In this document: in pieces, positions 1-11,032 of the stretch
Numbering within the stretch: the first letter of the stretch is position 1
Layout of the letters: every line of letters begins with the position of its first letter
From: a virus
Taxonomy: Duplodnaviria > Caudoviricetes
DNA: 64,000 bases
IMG/VR virus record: IMGVR_UViG_3300025848_000001
Span: 55,838-119,837 of that record
Reading direction: 5' to 3' (one strand)
Translations under genes and position numbers: made by a program
The notes under the pieces: model-generated
What the model saw: the letters and a program-made list of their open reading frames with translations, nothing else
Database searches by the model: none
What the model was told of the DNA's origin: nothing

Positions 1-72
1 ATCTCCAGTAGAACCAGCAGCAGGATCTTCTTCTAATGTTACTAAGTTTAATAATGATTTAAGCTTTGGCAT
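1..72 (-). CDS. 5' part of a probable virion protein (runs off the window)
   Basis: ATG at 72 with GGAG RBS, MPKLKSLLNLVTLEEDPAAGSTGD...; follows the tail-fibre-like gene. Confidence 0.5.
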   Translation of the reverse strand, partial: MPKLKSLLNLVTLEEDPAAGSTGD

Positions 73-83
73 TATTAAACTCC

Positions 84-1625
84 TTATCCGATAACGACTA
101 CTCTGTAAGCTCCAGCTGAAGGCGCCACCGCAAACTTAATAGTAATTGCAGATGTTGATGTATGTTCTACGTCTGCCTCTATTTGTGCAAATGGAGAACC
201 GACTTCATAAATTTGTACAGTAACATCTTTTGTTCCAAGATTATGAGTTACAGTATATGATGTTGCTGATGTGCTTAATGTAGCACTATACTTTCTTGTT
301 ATCTCATGATAATTTATACCATCATTAGTTAGTTGCCATTGATCAGCAGATTCACTCCATTTAATATCTACATCATTTTCTATTCCACGATGTACTTTAA
401 TGCCTGCATCTACTGAAGGAGAATTCTCCTCTGGCATATCACTATTTAAGTTAATATAATTATCAGAAATATTAACTTGTGTTGTATTTACAGCATTGAT
501 ATTACCAGTAACATTTAAGTCTCCACCAACATTTAAGTTATTAGCAATTGTTACATCATCTGGCAATCCAATTGTTACTGCAGCTGTTTCTGAGCCAGAC
601 CCAGATACTGTAATTTCATTAGCAGTTCCTTGAATTGTAGCAACATATGCGCCTGTAGTGTCATCGCCAAGGGCTACTGAATTAGGCTGTACGGTTGTAG
701 ATATTGTTACATTTTGGCTGCCATCAAATGATACAGAACCAGCAACGTCTCCAGATAGAGAAATTGTTCTTGCTGTTTCTAATTGTGATGCAGTATCTGC
801 ATTTCCAGTTAAATCTCCAGTAACATTTCCAGTAATTGTTCCAGCTACTGTTAAATTTTGATTTGCCTGTATATTTCCATCAAATGTTGCTGTGGAAGCT
901 ACATCTAATGTGGAATTTACATCTACTCCGCCTGCAACTGTTAAGAAGCTTCCGTTTGCAATAATTACATCTTCATTAAATGTAGTTTCACCATTTACTA
1001 CGGTTACTCCGCTTATATTTAAAGATGAATTTATGTCTACTGGATTATTAAATGTAGCATCTCCAGAAACAGTAAGTGATGTACCTAGTGTAACTGCTCC
1101 ATCTACATTTAATGTACTATCTAGATCTACTGAGCCAGCAACATTTAGGGAGTCGTTTACTGTAGTAAATCCTTGTACAGTTGTAAAACCAGAAACTTCT
1201 AGATTGCCACCAACAGTTATGTGACCAGATGTGTCTAATGTGGCTGCATTTACATCTGTAACATCTAAAGTGTTAGGAATCGAAAGGGTTACGTCTCCAT
1301 TGCCAGCTTTAGATACTGTTATCTGATTTGTTGTTCCTAGTATATCTGCTACATCATGTTTGTGATCTGCACGTGCAACATAGGGTGAAGTACCATGACT
1401 TACTGCTTCACCAAACTTTAATCTTGTTGTATAATTACCTACACCGAAATCACCAGATGCTGTTAACCATTCTGTTCCATTCCAGAAATAAAGTAAATTG
1501 TCATTTGAATCATAATAAATTTGACCAGTAACTGGGCTGCTTGGTGCAACTCCAAGATTCTGGATTCTGGCATTGAGTAATTCGTTTTTATTTAGGTCAA
1601 TGCTAACCAAAAATTTTCTTGCCAT
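84..1625 (-). CDS. tail fibre / virion structural protein with beta-helix-like repeats
   Basis: 513 aa, G/T/V/N-rich repeats (LNVxGxxxxxxxL), N-terminal GQIYYD...WNG motif, C-terminal VTHNLG domain typical of phage fibres. Confidence 0.65.
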   Translation of the reverse strand: MARKFLVSIDLNKNELLNARIQNLGVAPSSPVTGQIYYDSNDNLLYFWNGTEWLTASGDFGVGNYTTRLKFGEAVSHGTSPYVARADHKHDVADILGTTNQITVSKAGNGDVTLSIPNTLDVTDVNAATLDTSGHITVGGNLEVSGFTTVQGFTTVNDSLNVAGSVDLDSTLNVDGAVTLGTSLTVSGDATFNNPVDINSSLNISGVTVVNGETTFNEDVIIANGSFLTVAGGVDVNSTLDVASTATFDGNIQANQNLTVAGTITGNVTGDLTGNADTASQLETARTISLSGDVAGSVSFDGSQNVTISTTVQPNSVALGDDTTGAYVATIQGTANEITVSGSGSETAAVTIGLPDDVTIANNLNVGGDLNVTGNINAVNTTQVNISDNYINLNSDMPEENSPSVDAGIKVHRGIENDVDIKWSESADQWQLTNDGINYHEITRKYSATLSTSATSYTVTHNLGTKDVTVQIYEVGSPFAQIEADVEHTSTSAITIKFAVAPSAGAYRVVVIG

Positions 1626-1637
1626 TTTTCACTCCCT

Positions 1638-2075
1638 TTAAGACAGATGCGCTGTCCCTGAAAACGGCTGTGCCATTGTCAGTGTAATTATATTAAGACT
1701 ATTATAGACTATTCCTGTTTCTAATATGTCGCCACTACTAGACTTGACTGTAACATTAGGATGAAACCCTAAATTATGCTCTATTTCTATAGAATATATG
1801 CCATCAACTGGCCCAGTAACTTGGGCTAATTCCCAAGAATGGGTCAATGCTATCTGTTTATCTAATATAAAACTATTATTTATATTCCATGTATTATTGT
1901 TTGAGTCTTTTGGACCCCAAAATCTAGTCGTAAGTTTATCAAAATAAAAATCTCCAGGAACTCCTAGTAAATTTGATGGGTTTCCTTCTCCACTAATAAT
2001 TGTTCTTCCTGGTGCGCCAGAGGCTCTGACCACAACAAGTGGGTTATTTTCAGTTACTATTAGTTTTGTTCCCAT
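1638..2075 (-). CDS. virion structural protein
   Basis: GxPGDFY and IEHNLGFHP motifs; tail module context. Confidence 0.5.
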   Translation of the reverse strand: MGTKLIVTENNPLVVVRASGAPGRTIISGEGNPSNLLGVPGDFYFDKLTTRFWGPKDSNNNTWNINNSFILDKQIALTHSWELAQVTGPVDGIYSIEIEHNLGFHPNVTVKSSSGDILETGIVYNSLNIITLTMAQPFSGTAHLS

Positions 2076-2419
2076 TAAATTGTTACGGCTCTATTGAGAG
2101 TCATATACCCTTCTAAAAGTCTTGTTTTATTTACACTTGGATCTATAAGCACTAAATCGTATGCAGATTTTGGATAAAACATTTTATTTGTTCTATCTGC
2201 TGCAATAGATATTGATAATTTGCCTTCAGTTGGACTTATTGTAATTCCGTCTTCTTCTGTTAATGTAAAAGCTATTTTTTTCCCACCCTGTGTATCTCTT
2301 ACCTGCATTTTGGCGGTATGAAAATGAAGTTGTATTGGGCTCTCATCCTCGTCTAGATATTGAACCTCAAATGTAAAAGTTGAGTTTTGATCAACTTCAA
2401 AATTCTTTTGTGCAGCCAT
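2075..2419 (-). CDS. baseplate/tail adaptor-like beta-sandwich protein
   Basis: QxSTF...AKMQVR...YDLVL...RLLEG pattern common in phage tail modules. Confidence 0.55.
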   Translation of the reverse strand: MAAQKNFEVDQNSTFTFEVQYLDEDESPIQLHFHTAKMQVRDTQGGKKIAFTLTEEDGITISPTEGKLSISIAADRTNKMFYPKSAYDLVLIDPSVNKTRLLEGYMTLNRAVTI

Positions 2420-2490
2420 TAAATACCCCTAAAATAGGAAAACTCCTATGCTTTATTTTAGCATAAGAGTTGTCCTAACTTGATATTAAA

Positions 2491-2718
2491 TTATGCCTTC
2501 TTGGTAAATCCAAAACTTGGTTCGTTTGGATTAAGTGCCTTTAAAATAACAGGCAAACATGCTGCAATTCCACCCTTAATTAAATCTCCTGGGTCTGTGT
2601 TGCCAGTCATGTATAGAGCAATAGCGGCACCTAAAAAGTGACGACCATAGCTTGCTAACGCTGCTAAAATTTTTTCTTGCATTGTTACCTTTCCATCATT
2701 ATTAAGATCTTCTTTCAT
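2491..2718 (-). CDS. holin-like small membrane protein
   Basis: 75 aa, two hydrophobic segments, C-terminal LNPNEPSFG. Confidence 0.5.
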   Translation of the reverse strand: MKEDLNNDGKVTMQEKILAALASYGRHFLGAAIALYMTGNTDPGDLIKGGIAACLPVILKALNPNEPSFGFTKKA

Positions 2719-2783
2719 AAAGACCTCCTTATTCTGGGCCTTGTGCCCAGGAATTTAGGGTTTCCCCTAATTATATTATACTA

Positions 2784-4721
2784 CTAAGCTGAAATATCTA
2801 CAATCTCACAATTTCCATCGGAAGTACAAGCTAAAGTTTGAGTTCCACTTGTTCCATCTTCTGTTTCATAAAAAGATAAATCTTCCCAGCGAATAGATTT
2901 AGGCATTTTAGAAACAAGCTCTTCATAATCTTCTTTTGTTACTTCTTGATATGGAGCTTGTTTATATGAATGATCTGAATGTGGAAGGAATGAAATTCCA
3001 GACACTTCGTCAAAATGTTTGTATACCCAAGCACCAACTTCCATCCATTCATCTTCTTTTACAGATACAGTAATAGATGGTTTATGTTCACACCATGCAC
3101 GTTGATATACCAACCAAGTATTTAAATGTTCAATAGCTGTTAAATCATTTCTTAGAATTGCGCCTTCTGGTGCTTTCACTGGAAATGAGAATACGTATGT
3201 ATCGTTTGGTTTCATAAAATCATCTTCTACAGGAATTCCAACTTCTTTTAAAAATGTAGACAAAGGATCTTTCTTATCTCCACGAACTGTACGAATGTAA
3301 TATTGTGAATGCCAAGGGTGCATTCCTGAAGATACCCCTACAAGTTGTGAAACTGTTCCTGAAGGCTTAACGCATGTTATAGCAGCAGACTCATTAATTC
3401 CGATCCTTGTTGCTTCTTCTTTATTTGTATCACGAGCATATTCACGAAGTCCTTCTAGGGTTTCTTGAAGTTTACTTAAATTTTCTTTTCCAGAAAAAAA
3501 TTTGTTTCCAAATTGTCCAGTTAAAGATACTCCAAGTAGTCGCTCTTCCTCTGTATTGTCTTTCCAAATCTTACGAAGATATTTAAAATCTGTAAGTGTA
3601 GATTGCCATGTTCCTAGGATTGTAGCTAAGCGAACTTTTTCTGCTACTGTTTTAGGAGTATCATTTTCACGAATTACAACTTCGGACAGATTACAGAACT
3701 GATAAGGGCGAAGGATAATTTCTGAGCATGGGTTAGTTCCATAATGGATTTCTTCGCTTCTGCGTCCCCATCTTGCTGCTTGCTTTTGAGCAGCGGCAAC
3801 ATTGTATATGCCACGCTCACCAGATTTTGAGTCATATAAATTCTTCCATTCAGCAATAAACTGTTCCATTTCTGGTTTACGAGAATACGCTACTGAGTTA
3901 TTTGATAAAGCTCGTTGAGAATTGTTTTCCCACCAATTACCAGACTTTGCTGCTGCCATTTCAATATCATTAATATTAGAAAGAGAAATCATTGCAGATC
4001 GACGAACTCCACCAACAACTACAACTTCACCTATCTTACACATAATATCATGAGCTTCAATAGGCTTCAACTGACGACCTGCTGCACTTTTAAATTTTGC
4101 AATTGTAAAGTCAAAAAGGTTTATAAGAGGCTGTGGTCCAGATGAACGACCACCCATTGTTTTAAGACGTGCACCTGCTGGACGAAGTTTTGAAACATCA
4201 ATAGATGGAATCTGCCCAGCCCAAAGCATTGCAAGAAGTTCACGATATGCTTTAGCCCAACCAGTCTTTGAATCTTCTACTACAATGGCTGTAGAAGATT
4301 TTTCAAATAATTCTGGAACGGCGGGAAGCTTATTAACATATTTATATTCAACAGAGAAACCTACTCCTGTTCCACACATAAGTATATACATTGTTTCATC
4401 AAATGATCTTGGATTGTCAACTGGAACAAAAGAACAATTGTATCCTGCAACATGGTCTCTATCAAGAGCAGCGCCTGCAGTCATTACTGCTCTCATAGAT
4501 GGCATTACACTTCTGCTATAGACTGCCTCTTTTAGATCTTCAACAAGTTTTGAATCTGGAACATAATTAAATGTTTTTAAATGATCTAATATAAAAGCAA
4601 AGTATCTATCTACTGTTTCTCCCCAAGTCTCACGACGATTATCTTCCGATAGCCATCTAGCATATCTCGATAATGCAATAAAATTCTCATATGGGTTTTC
4701 AATAACTCTTGACATATACAC
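2784..4721 (-). CDS. nrdJ: class II (adenosylcobalamin-dependent) ribonucleotide reductase
   Basis: NCSF, GGVRRSAMISLS, TNPCSEI, CNLSE, TCVKPSGTVSQL motifs; C-terminal CxxxxxC. Confidence 0.93.
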   Translation of the reverse strand: MYMSRVIENPYENFIALSRYARWLSEDNRRETWGETVDRYFAFILDHLKTFNYVPDSKLVEDLKEAVYSRSVMPSMRAVMTAGAALDRDHVAGYNCSFVPVDNPRSFDETMYILMCGTGVGFSVEYKYVNKLPAVPELFEKSSTAIVVEDSKTGWAKAYRELLAMLWAGQIPSIDVSKLRPAGARLKTMGGRSSGPQPLINLFDFTIAKFKSAAGRQLKPIEAHDIMCKIGEVVVVGGVRRSAMISLSNINDIEMAAAKSGNWWENNSQRALSNNSVAYSRKPEMEQFIAEWKNLYDSKSGERGIYNVAAAQKQAARWGRRSEEIHYGTNPCSEIILRPYQFCNLSEVVIRENDTPKTVAEKVRLATILGTWQSTLTDFKYLRKIWKDNTEEERLLGVSLTGQFGNKFFSGKENLSKLQETLEGLREYARDTNKEEATRIGINESAAITCVKPSGTVSQLVGVSSGMHPWHSQYYIRTVRGDKKDPLSTFLKEVGIPVEDDFMKPNDTYVFSFPVKAPEGAILRNDLTAIEHLNTWLVYQRAWCEHKPSITVSVKEDEWMEVGAWVYKHFDEVSGISFLPHSDHSYKQAPYQEVTKEDYEELVSKMPKSIRWEDLSFYETEDGTSGTQTLACTSDGNCEIVDISA

Positions 4722-4924
4722 CTTTTCCGCCTTTTGGCTAATTATTTTTTATTAAGTAGTTAATTCTACCAAAAACATTTTTCTATGTGAAGACTTTTTA
4801 TATTTTTTATATTAAAAATAAATAGTTTTATTAGTTAACTATAAATAAAATATTTTAGTCAACTAACTTGACATGCATTATAAAACAATGTTATTATTAT
4901 AGTCCGTTATCTCTAATGGAGGAA

Positions 4925-5485
4925 ATGCCAATGGAGAATAAAGAAAAACTTAGTGATGTATTACATCATTATGTTGCAATAGCAGTTGGTTTAATGTTTT
5001 TATATTCTGGTTCGCCAGTTATTAATTCTACGCCAGCTGAGGCTTTGGTTGTAAAACCAGAGACAAAAAATGAAGCACAACTGAAAAGAGAAACGCTGGA
5101 AAAATTCAGCAATACTGTATACAAACCTTCAGAAATGCTTACAGACAAAGAATTGAAATCACTTCTTAGAAATGTAGGATTTGAAGGAAACGCCCTTAAA
5201 ATGGCGTGGGCTGTAGCTAAAGCGGAGTCTAATGGACGACCTATGGCTTATAACGGCAACAGGAATACTGGAGACAGTTCCTACGGAATTTTTCAGATCA
5301 ATATGCTGGGAGCTCTTGGCACAGATCGTAAAGAGAAATTCGAATTGAGATCAAATGTACTTTTATTTGATCCAGTCATAAACGCAGAGATAACGTATCA
5401 TATGACTCAAGGCGGAAAGAATTGGTCATCTTGGCCTAATTCTATTAATAAAGCAAAGAAATTGATAAATCAATTTCCAAAATAG
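4925..5485 (+). CDS. membrane-anchored lytic transglycosylase (SLT/lysozyme-like)
   Basis: N-terminal TM segment; AES...SYGIFQIN...NA...W..W catalytic pattern; ORF-track start 4868 probably over-extended. Confidence 0.8.
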   Translation: MPMENKEKLSDVLHHYVAIAVGLMFLYSGSPVINSTPAEALVVKPETKNEAQLKRETLEKFSNTVYKPSEMLTDKELKSLLRNVGFEGNALKMAWAVAKAESNGRPMAYNGNRNTGDSSYGIFQINMLGALGTDRKEKFELRSNVLLFDPVINAEITYHMTQGGKNWSSWPNSINKAKKLINQFPK

Positions 5486-5497
5486 TTAGGAGATAAA

Positions 5498-5707
5498 TTG
5501 AAGATACAGGTTGTATCCAAATATTTATCTTTAGCAGAAGAGGGCCTTGTTCAAAAAATGGAATGTCCATTAGATCAAGGCCTTCTTATGCCAAATCAGG
5601 ATAACGATGATAAAATATTTTTATATTGTCTTTCTTGTGAGTATAAAAAAATAATAGGCTTAGAAATGTACAATAAAATGAAAAGAGCTATGGATGCAAA
5701 GAGTTGA
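5498..5707 (+). CDS. small Zn-ribbon protein
   Basis: CPLD...CLSC. Confidence 0.55.
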   Translation: MKIQVVSKYLSLAEEGLVQKMECPLDQGLLMPNQDNDDKIFLYCLSCEYKKIIGLEMYNKMKRAMDAKS

Positions 5708-5874
5708 TTTAGATCAAGAACTTGTAAGAATGGTTGCACGTAGTATTCCATGTATACACATGAATACTGATTTTTTAGCTGCAAATGCAATATCTGTTTT
5801 TTTAAAATATTTAAAAAATTGTAAAGAAAATTCATTATCTCTTGATGATGCAATTAATAATATTAAGTTAAAAG

Positions 5875-6102
5875 ATGTCGAATAACGACGGGTTAGAACC
5901 AAAAAATTTAGAAGATAACATACCACTAGTTAGCTATATAATGCTTCATAGAATATATGATGTACTTACGCTAATAGCTAATTTATCTTCAAAAACAGAA
6001 GAAGATAGACTTCAAATATCAAAAATGGTAGAATATCATAAACAGGGCTACCTGCTAGGGCCTGCCCCATCTTATAATGAATCAGGAGATAATAATGGAT
6101 AA
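5875..6102 (+). CDS. hypothetical protein
   Basis: ORF in a tightly packed operon. Confidence 0.55.
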   Translation: MSNNDGLEPKNLEDNIPLVSYIMLHRIYDVLTLIANLSSKTEEDRLQISKMVEYHKQGYLLGPAPSYNESGDNNG

Positions 6103-6280
6103 AGAATCTATATTAAACCTTATGGTTGATAAATTTGTTGAGGGTAATAGATACCTCGGCGCTAGCTCTGGAATGACACCAGAGGAAATTGAATTAAAAT
6201 TATCAGAAGGTATGATGGCAATAAATTATTTATTATCAGAAGTGTATGACGAGCTTCTTGCAAAAGATTTGCTTAAATAG
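6077..6280 (+). CDS. hypothetical protein
   Basis: ORF with GGAG RBS before internal MDKES start. Confidence 0.5.
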   Translation: MNQEIIMDKESILNLMVDKFVEGNRYLGASSGMTPEEIELKLSEGMMAINYLLSEVYDELLAKDLLK

Positions 6281-6299
6281 TAAAATATATACTATCGCA

Positions 6300-6333
6300 A
6301 AACCCTGAAGAATCCGCCTTCTTCAGGGTTTTG
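6300..6333 (+). terminator. intrinsic terminator
   Basis: AACCCTGAAGAA-TCCGCC-TTCTTCAGGGTT followed by T tract. Confidence 0.65.
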
Positions 6334-6663
6334 TGCTGTTTGGTGGTATAATAAAAACATATGGAAACTAATAAAAAAGTAGAGAAAGTAGCTGAAATTA
6401 TAAGAATGACAGCTCCAGATTTTACTGTTGCAAAATCTTATTTTTTGGCTTTTAATATAGTAGAAGCACTTAGAGATTTTCCTGAACAAGATTTAAGGGA
6501 GATCCCGTAATGGTTGATGGCCCAAGAAGACATTTTTCTAAACTAATGCATTCTCCATATTTTCAAACACAGCATTATAAAGAAGAACATACAAGTCTTG
6601 AACGAAAAATAGAAAAACCTATTATATATGTATTAAATAAAATATTATTTTGGAAGGATAAAG

Positions 6664-7506
6664 ATGTTTTACGATAGACCTGACTGTACAATACTTTCTA
6701 AATCAGTAGATGAATATGGAACGCCTACTGGTGTATTTGTATTTAAAAAAATCATACCTGAAGATATGATAAATCATTTTGAATCTCAATTAAAAAAACA
6801 AGAAGAAGATGCAGTTGTTAACGTTTATAAAGACACTTTAATCGATTGGTATTCTGAAAAAACAACAGCTCCAGTTGATGGAATTATTAATTTATGGGAA
6901 ACAATTAGTGATATTATCTACCCAGAATATGTTATACACCCCTGCAGAAACTTTTTAAAAGTTAAACCTGGCGATAATGGAATGTTTACCCATTCAGATT
7001 CACCTGGTAAAAACTCTTGTCATTTACTATCTCAAGTAGATGTATTTAAAACATGTTGTATTATAGATTATGGCTTAGTAGCATACCTTGGTGATTTTGA
7101 AGGTGGTGAAGTGTTTTATCCAAATTTAAATCCTGATGGAACCAAAAAGGTTGATAATTTTGATGGGCCTTGTTTAGAATATAAACCAGAAAAGGGAGAT
7201 GTTATTATTCACGGAGCATTTACTGATTATGCACATGGAGTAAGAGAAGTAAAGTCTGGAATAAGATACGCATTTTCTAATTTCGTACTTAAGTATGAAG
7301 AAAATCCAGGAACTTTTTATAATTATAAAACACAAGAATATTATAATCAAATAGGAGACAAAACTTTAGATTTTGAATTAGACTGGATGACTCCACTAAA
7401 ACAAAATCCACAATTTACTCCAGAACTCATAAAGCAATATCAAGAATCAGGATTAAAAGGCCCAGATCTAGCAGAACACTTTTTTAAAGATATGGTAGAA
7501 AATTAA
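6664..7506 (+). CDS. 2OG-Fe(II) oxygenase (prolyl-4-hydroxylase-like)
   Basis: HSD, YL.DFEGGE, HGV..V.SG.RY. Confidence 0.85.
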   Translation: MFYDRPDCTILSKSVDEYGTPTGVFVFKKIIPEDMINHFESQLKKQEEDAVVNVYKDTLIDWYSEKTTAPVDGIINLWETISDIIYPEYVIHPCRNFLKVKPGDNGMFTHSDSPGKNSCHLLSQVDVFKTCCIIDYGLVAYLGDFEGGEVFYPNLNPDGTKKVDNFDGPCLEYKPEKGDVIIHGAFTDYAHGVREVKSGIRYAFSNFVLKYEENPGTFYNYKTQEYYNQIGDKTLDFELDWMTPLKQNPQFTPELIKQYQESGLKGPDLAEHFFKDMVEN

Positions 7507-7690
7507 TACTTATTTAGTGAAAAAGTGCGAAAAAGTGCGGCGGAAGTAGAAGAGAACATTTGTTTCACATGAAACATATTATCCTTTTCTCCTCCAATGA
7601 TCATTATCTTCATTAAGGGATGCCAATAAGGCAAATGCCATAAGAATAATGCCAGATATACATCCAATAAAGAAAGCTATCTCCATATAA

Positions 7691-7882
7691 TCACCATTTA
7701 CCAAGAGGACATGTGGCATTTTCTAATTTAGCCTTAGCAGGCATAATACAGCCACATTTCTTGCATTGTTGTGTTAATTGTATTAATTCAGGACATTTAT
7801 CACAAATATCCAGTCTATAGGTATATAGTTCTTCTTTTGATCTAGGTTGTTTTGGATTAAATAGGTCCCAGGGTTTTACCAT
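7691..7882 (-). CDS. small Cys-rich protein (DUF6171-like)
   Basis: RLDICDKC...CKKCGC...KAKL...CPLGKW. Confidence 0.65.
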   Translation of the reverse strand: MVKPWDLFNPKQPRSKEELYTYRLDICDKCPELIQLTQQCKKCGCIMPAKAKLENATCPLGKW

Positions 7883-7910
7883 TGATTCCCCCTTTTAAAT
7901 ATTAAGATAG

Positions 7911-7985
7911 TAGGCCTAATCGGATTTGAACCGATACTCGATTGTATATAAGACAATTGCTTTCACCAGATTAAGCTATAGGCCC
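7911..7985 (-). tRNA. tRNA-Ile(UAU)
   Basis: cloverleaf GGGCCTA/TAGGCCT; anticodon arm ATTGT-CTTATAT-ACAAT; GGTTCAAATCC T-arm. Confidence 0.88.
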
Positions 7986-8104
7986 AAAGAATATTTGGAT
8001 TGCTATGCCAGATATGATGGTTATTATGGCTATTGCTGTTATGGTGATAAGTAGTCTCATTTTAGATTTTTCCCGCCTTTTCTTGTATATATATAATATA
8101 TATT

Positions 8105-8235
8105 ATATAGTGATATCTGGGAATATTAGATTTTAGGAAAGCCCCCCTACCCCCCAAAAAGAAAAAATCTTTTAAGAGATAGAGAAGCTACATCTGGTGT
8201 ATATTGAGTTCCAGTGTAAGCCCCCACAAACCAAA
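8105..8235 (-). ncRNA. candidate structured non-coding RNA
   Basis: promoter TTGACT-N18-TATACT (8269-8240), then hairpin GGGGGCTTACACTGG...CCAGATGTAGCTTCT and G-run; no sizeable ORF. Confidence 0.3.
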
Positions 8236-8278
8236 CATAAGTATAACATTAAAAAAATTGAAGAGTCAATAGGTTTTA

Positions 8279-8893
8279 TTATTCTATTTTAGTCGACTTC
8301 AATATTTCTGTATACAATTTTTCAATTTCAGGATATAAAAAATTTTCTTTAACTAAGGTATCTATAAGTTTTCTATTATCTGATTTTTCTTTAGGACTTC
8401 TTGCTTCTAATCCAGAAATTGTTATACCTTCAAATATAAAATCATTCTCCATGCTATTTGGTAAATCTTTGTTAATATTTAAATTAAATTTAGATATTAT
8501 TTTTTCAAACACTAATTTTGGATTATCTACAACATCTTTAAATAAAACAAAATAAACTTTTTTATCTTTTATTTTATTTAAAAACATAAAATGATTATAA
8601 CAGTAATCGTCAATTAATTTTTTAACAGCATCTAAATTAGAGATATCTATTTTTTGTTCATCTGGTATGTATTTATATGCAATGGATCTATCATGTCTTT
8701 CTACAGCTGAAGCTATGCAATTATCTGGAGATCTAAGTATACAGATATGATCTTCATTTTCTAATATGTCATCAGCATTATGAGACTTTGTATAAACATT
8801 TACATATGCATTTTCATTTATAAAAGATTGTAAAAATGTATTTCCAGAACCAGCTGGAGAAGTCAAATATATTGTTTTTAAATTATTTGTCAT
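8279..8893 (-). CDS. sulfotransferase-like P-loop protein
   Basis: SPAGSGNTFL PAPS-loop-like, KSH, ILRSP...S motif. Confidence 0.55.
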   Translation of the reverse strand: MTNNLKTIYLTSPAGSGNTFLQSFINENAYVNVYTKSHNADDILENEDHICILRSPDNCIASAVERHDRSIAYKYIPDEQKIDISNLDAVKKLIDDYCYNHFMFLNKIKDKKVYFVLFKDVVDNPKLVFEKIISKFNLNINKDLPNSMENDFIFEGITISGLEARSPKEKSDNRKLIDTLVKENFLYPEIEKLYTEILKSTKIE

Positions 8894-9639
8894 AGTTTAT
8901 CAAAAATAAATTTATAATAACCCCAATGTTTATTATTATATCTTAAGTATGATTGAGATGAAACAAAAGTCATAAATTCTGAAATTGATTTTTCTGAAAT
9001 CCAATGGGCCATCGACTCTTGATCTTCTAAACAAGCCGCTTTAACGTTTTCAGTTATATCTTCGTAACTTAAAATGTTAAATTTTCCAATTGATTTTTTT
9101 ATTGCATCAAGTGATCTTAATCCATTATCTAGTGCTTTTTGACTAATTGCATAGTTATCCATTAAAACTAGTCGACCATTTTTTTTGAGTACTCTATAAG
9201 CGTTTTCAAAAAATAAATCTAAGTTATCATATGCATGACAAGATTCTATGCAGATAATTAAATCAAATGATTCATCAGGGTAATGTAAATTTTGAGCATC
9301 TCCTAAAATATAATTTAAATTATGATGATTACTGTTTTTAGTACAAAATATTATATTTTCTGGAGTTATATCACAAGCATAATAAGATGTAATAGGTTTA
9401 TTTTCTATTATCCACTTTGATCCGCCGCCACGGCCACATCCTATTTCTAAAATATTTTTTTCATATAAATCAATGTTTTCAAGAGCTTTATTATAAAGTG
9501 TTATTTGATGTTTAAATGGTAAATTTTCTACTTCAGGATCTGCAGGACAAAAACCATGATTCATAAATGATAATGGGTAGTTTCCCAAAATATCATTTAT
9601 TTCTTTATATATTTTTTGCTGCATAATTTTATTATACAC
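8890..9639 (-). CDS. class I SAM-dependent methyltransferase
   Basis: FMNHGF, ILEIGCGRGGG, GDAQNL...SFD...IESCHAY, RVLK. Confidence 0.9.
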   Translation of the reverse strand: MYNKIMQQKIYKEINDILGNYPLSFMNHGFCPADPEVENLPFKHQITLYNKALENIDLYEKNILEIGCGRGGGSKWIIENKPITSYYACDITPENIIFCTKNSNHHNLNYILGDAQNLHYPDESFDLIICIESCHAYDNLDLFFENAYRVLKKNGRLVLMDNYAISQKALDNGLRSLDAIKKSIGKFNILSYEDITENVKAACLEDQESMAHWISEKSISEFMTFVSSQSYLRYNNKHWGYYKFIFDKL

Positions 9640-9885
9640 CCCTTATATTCTAGTCGACTACTTTTTAGATTTTGAAAAATGTTAATATATTTTTATGATG
9701 TATGATACATATATTGTACAAAACGGACATTTTGGATAGTGCGCCCATAATTGTGACGTATCTCACATGAATTTTGTGTGATGTCAATCACAATGTCCGA
9801 ATTGTTCGCATTTTCAACTTGCAATTTGTCAGACCCCCATGATAGTATTTTATTATTAGATAGAAAAAAGAAAGGAAGTTTTATA

Positions 9886-10062
9886 ATGACTTCACTAACA
9901 TTAGAGCAAAAGATTATCAAGGCTGCTCACCTTATCGCTGACGGAAAGTTAGTATCTTTCCGAGGTGCTTCGTTTGATACATACATGAAAGTAGAACGCC
10001 TTGCTAATCGTATCAAGCAAGAGCGTGAGTTTCCTCAATGCCCATGCGGTGAGTGTGACTAA
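9886..10062 (+). CDS. small early-island protein (C-terminal CPCGEC)
   Basis: GAAAGGA RBS, MTSLTLEQK...; downstream of promoter 9827. Confidence 0.65.
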   Translation: MTSLTLEQKIIKAAHLIADGKLVSFRGASFDTYMKVERLANRIKQEREFPQCPCGECD

Positions 10063-10150
10063 CCTCACACAATAGACACAGCGTGTCGACTTGATAAAAT
10101 TGAATAAATCTGAAATAATACTAACTAACTAAATGAAAGAAGGTAGCAAA

Positions 10151-10348
10151 ATGAGTGCTAATCTATACAATATCGAAAGTCTACTAATAGGCAAGCCTTA
10201 TCGTAGCCGCTCCGTTGAGGGCGAAATCGTGGAGGCTGAAAAGCATCCTAAGTGTGTCTACTATGCGGATGCTGAGGCTTATCTAGTCCGTATCCGTAAG
10301 AGCATGGGCGGTTATACATACCGCACAGTAGCGGTGAGTGTGGCATAA
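10151..10348 (+). CDS. small early-island protein, paralog of 11212..11439
   Basis: RBS GAAGG; shared YRS...AY.VR.R...T.AVS pattern. Confidence 0.65.
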   Translation: MSANLYNIESLLIGKPYRSRSVEGEIVEAEKHPKCVYYADAEAYLVRIRKSMGGYTYRTVAVSVA

Positions 10349-10772
10349 GTCACACATACCTAACGGCGTGTCGTGTTGCGCTTGTCGGTGCGCTATGATA
10401 ATCTACCGATACAAGATAAAGAATAAAAGAAAAGGAATAGAAAATAATGGATAGATACTTACTAATAGAACTAGGCTCAGATGGAATTGCCTTTGAAACC
10501 GCTCAATTTGATTTCTACGCTTCATGGCTAGGAATTGGAATTGCTATCGTGTCAGTGGTAGCGTATAAGATTTATAAGAACAGAAAGTAAAGGAATAAAA
10601 ATAATGTACGCAATGTCATGGGAAAGAAATACTAGAGACTATAAGTATGAAAGTATCCAGCATGGATATGAGGTACTAGACTATCAAGATGAAGAACCAC
10701 TAGAAATATCACTAGAGGAAATGCTAGAATTAGAAAATGAAGAAATGGAAATGGAAGAATTGGGTGAGATTT

Positions 10773-10871
10773 ATGGCTAAGGATAAATGCTCTATGTGCT
10801 ATGGTAGAGGTGTGATGTATGTAGGCGATAGGTATGAATATACAATAGAGCCTTGTGAGTGTAAAGCATGA
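10773..10871 (+). CDS. 32-aa Zn-ribbon microprotein
   Basis: MAKDKCSMCYGRG...IEPCECKA; paralog of 11782..11937. Confidence 0.5.
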   Translation: MAKDKCSMCYGRGVMYVGDRYEYTIEPCECKA

Positions 10872-11032
10872 ATAGACTACTAACTAGCCTTGTGCAATTA
10901 GCCCTTGTTATACCCGCCCTATACATGGGGCGTATAGCGTGGGAAATGCTAAAAGAAGATGTGAGAGAACTCACAAAATAAATACGGCGTGTCGGCTTGA
11001 CAAAAAGCTGATCGCCCGCAACGATTGTGGAG

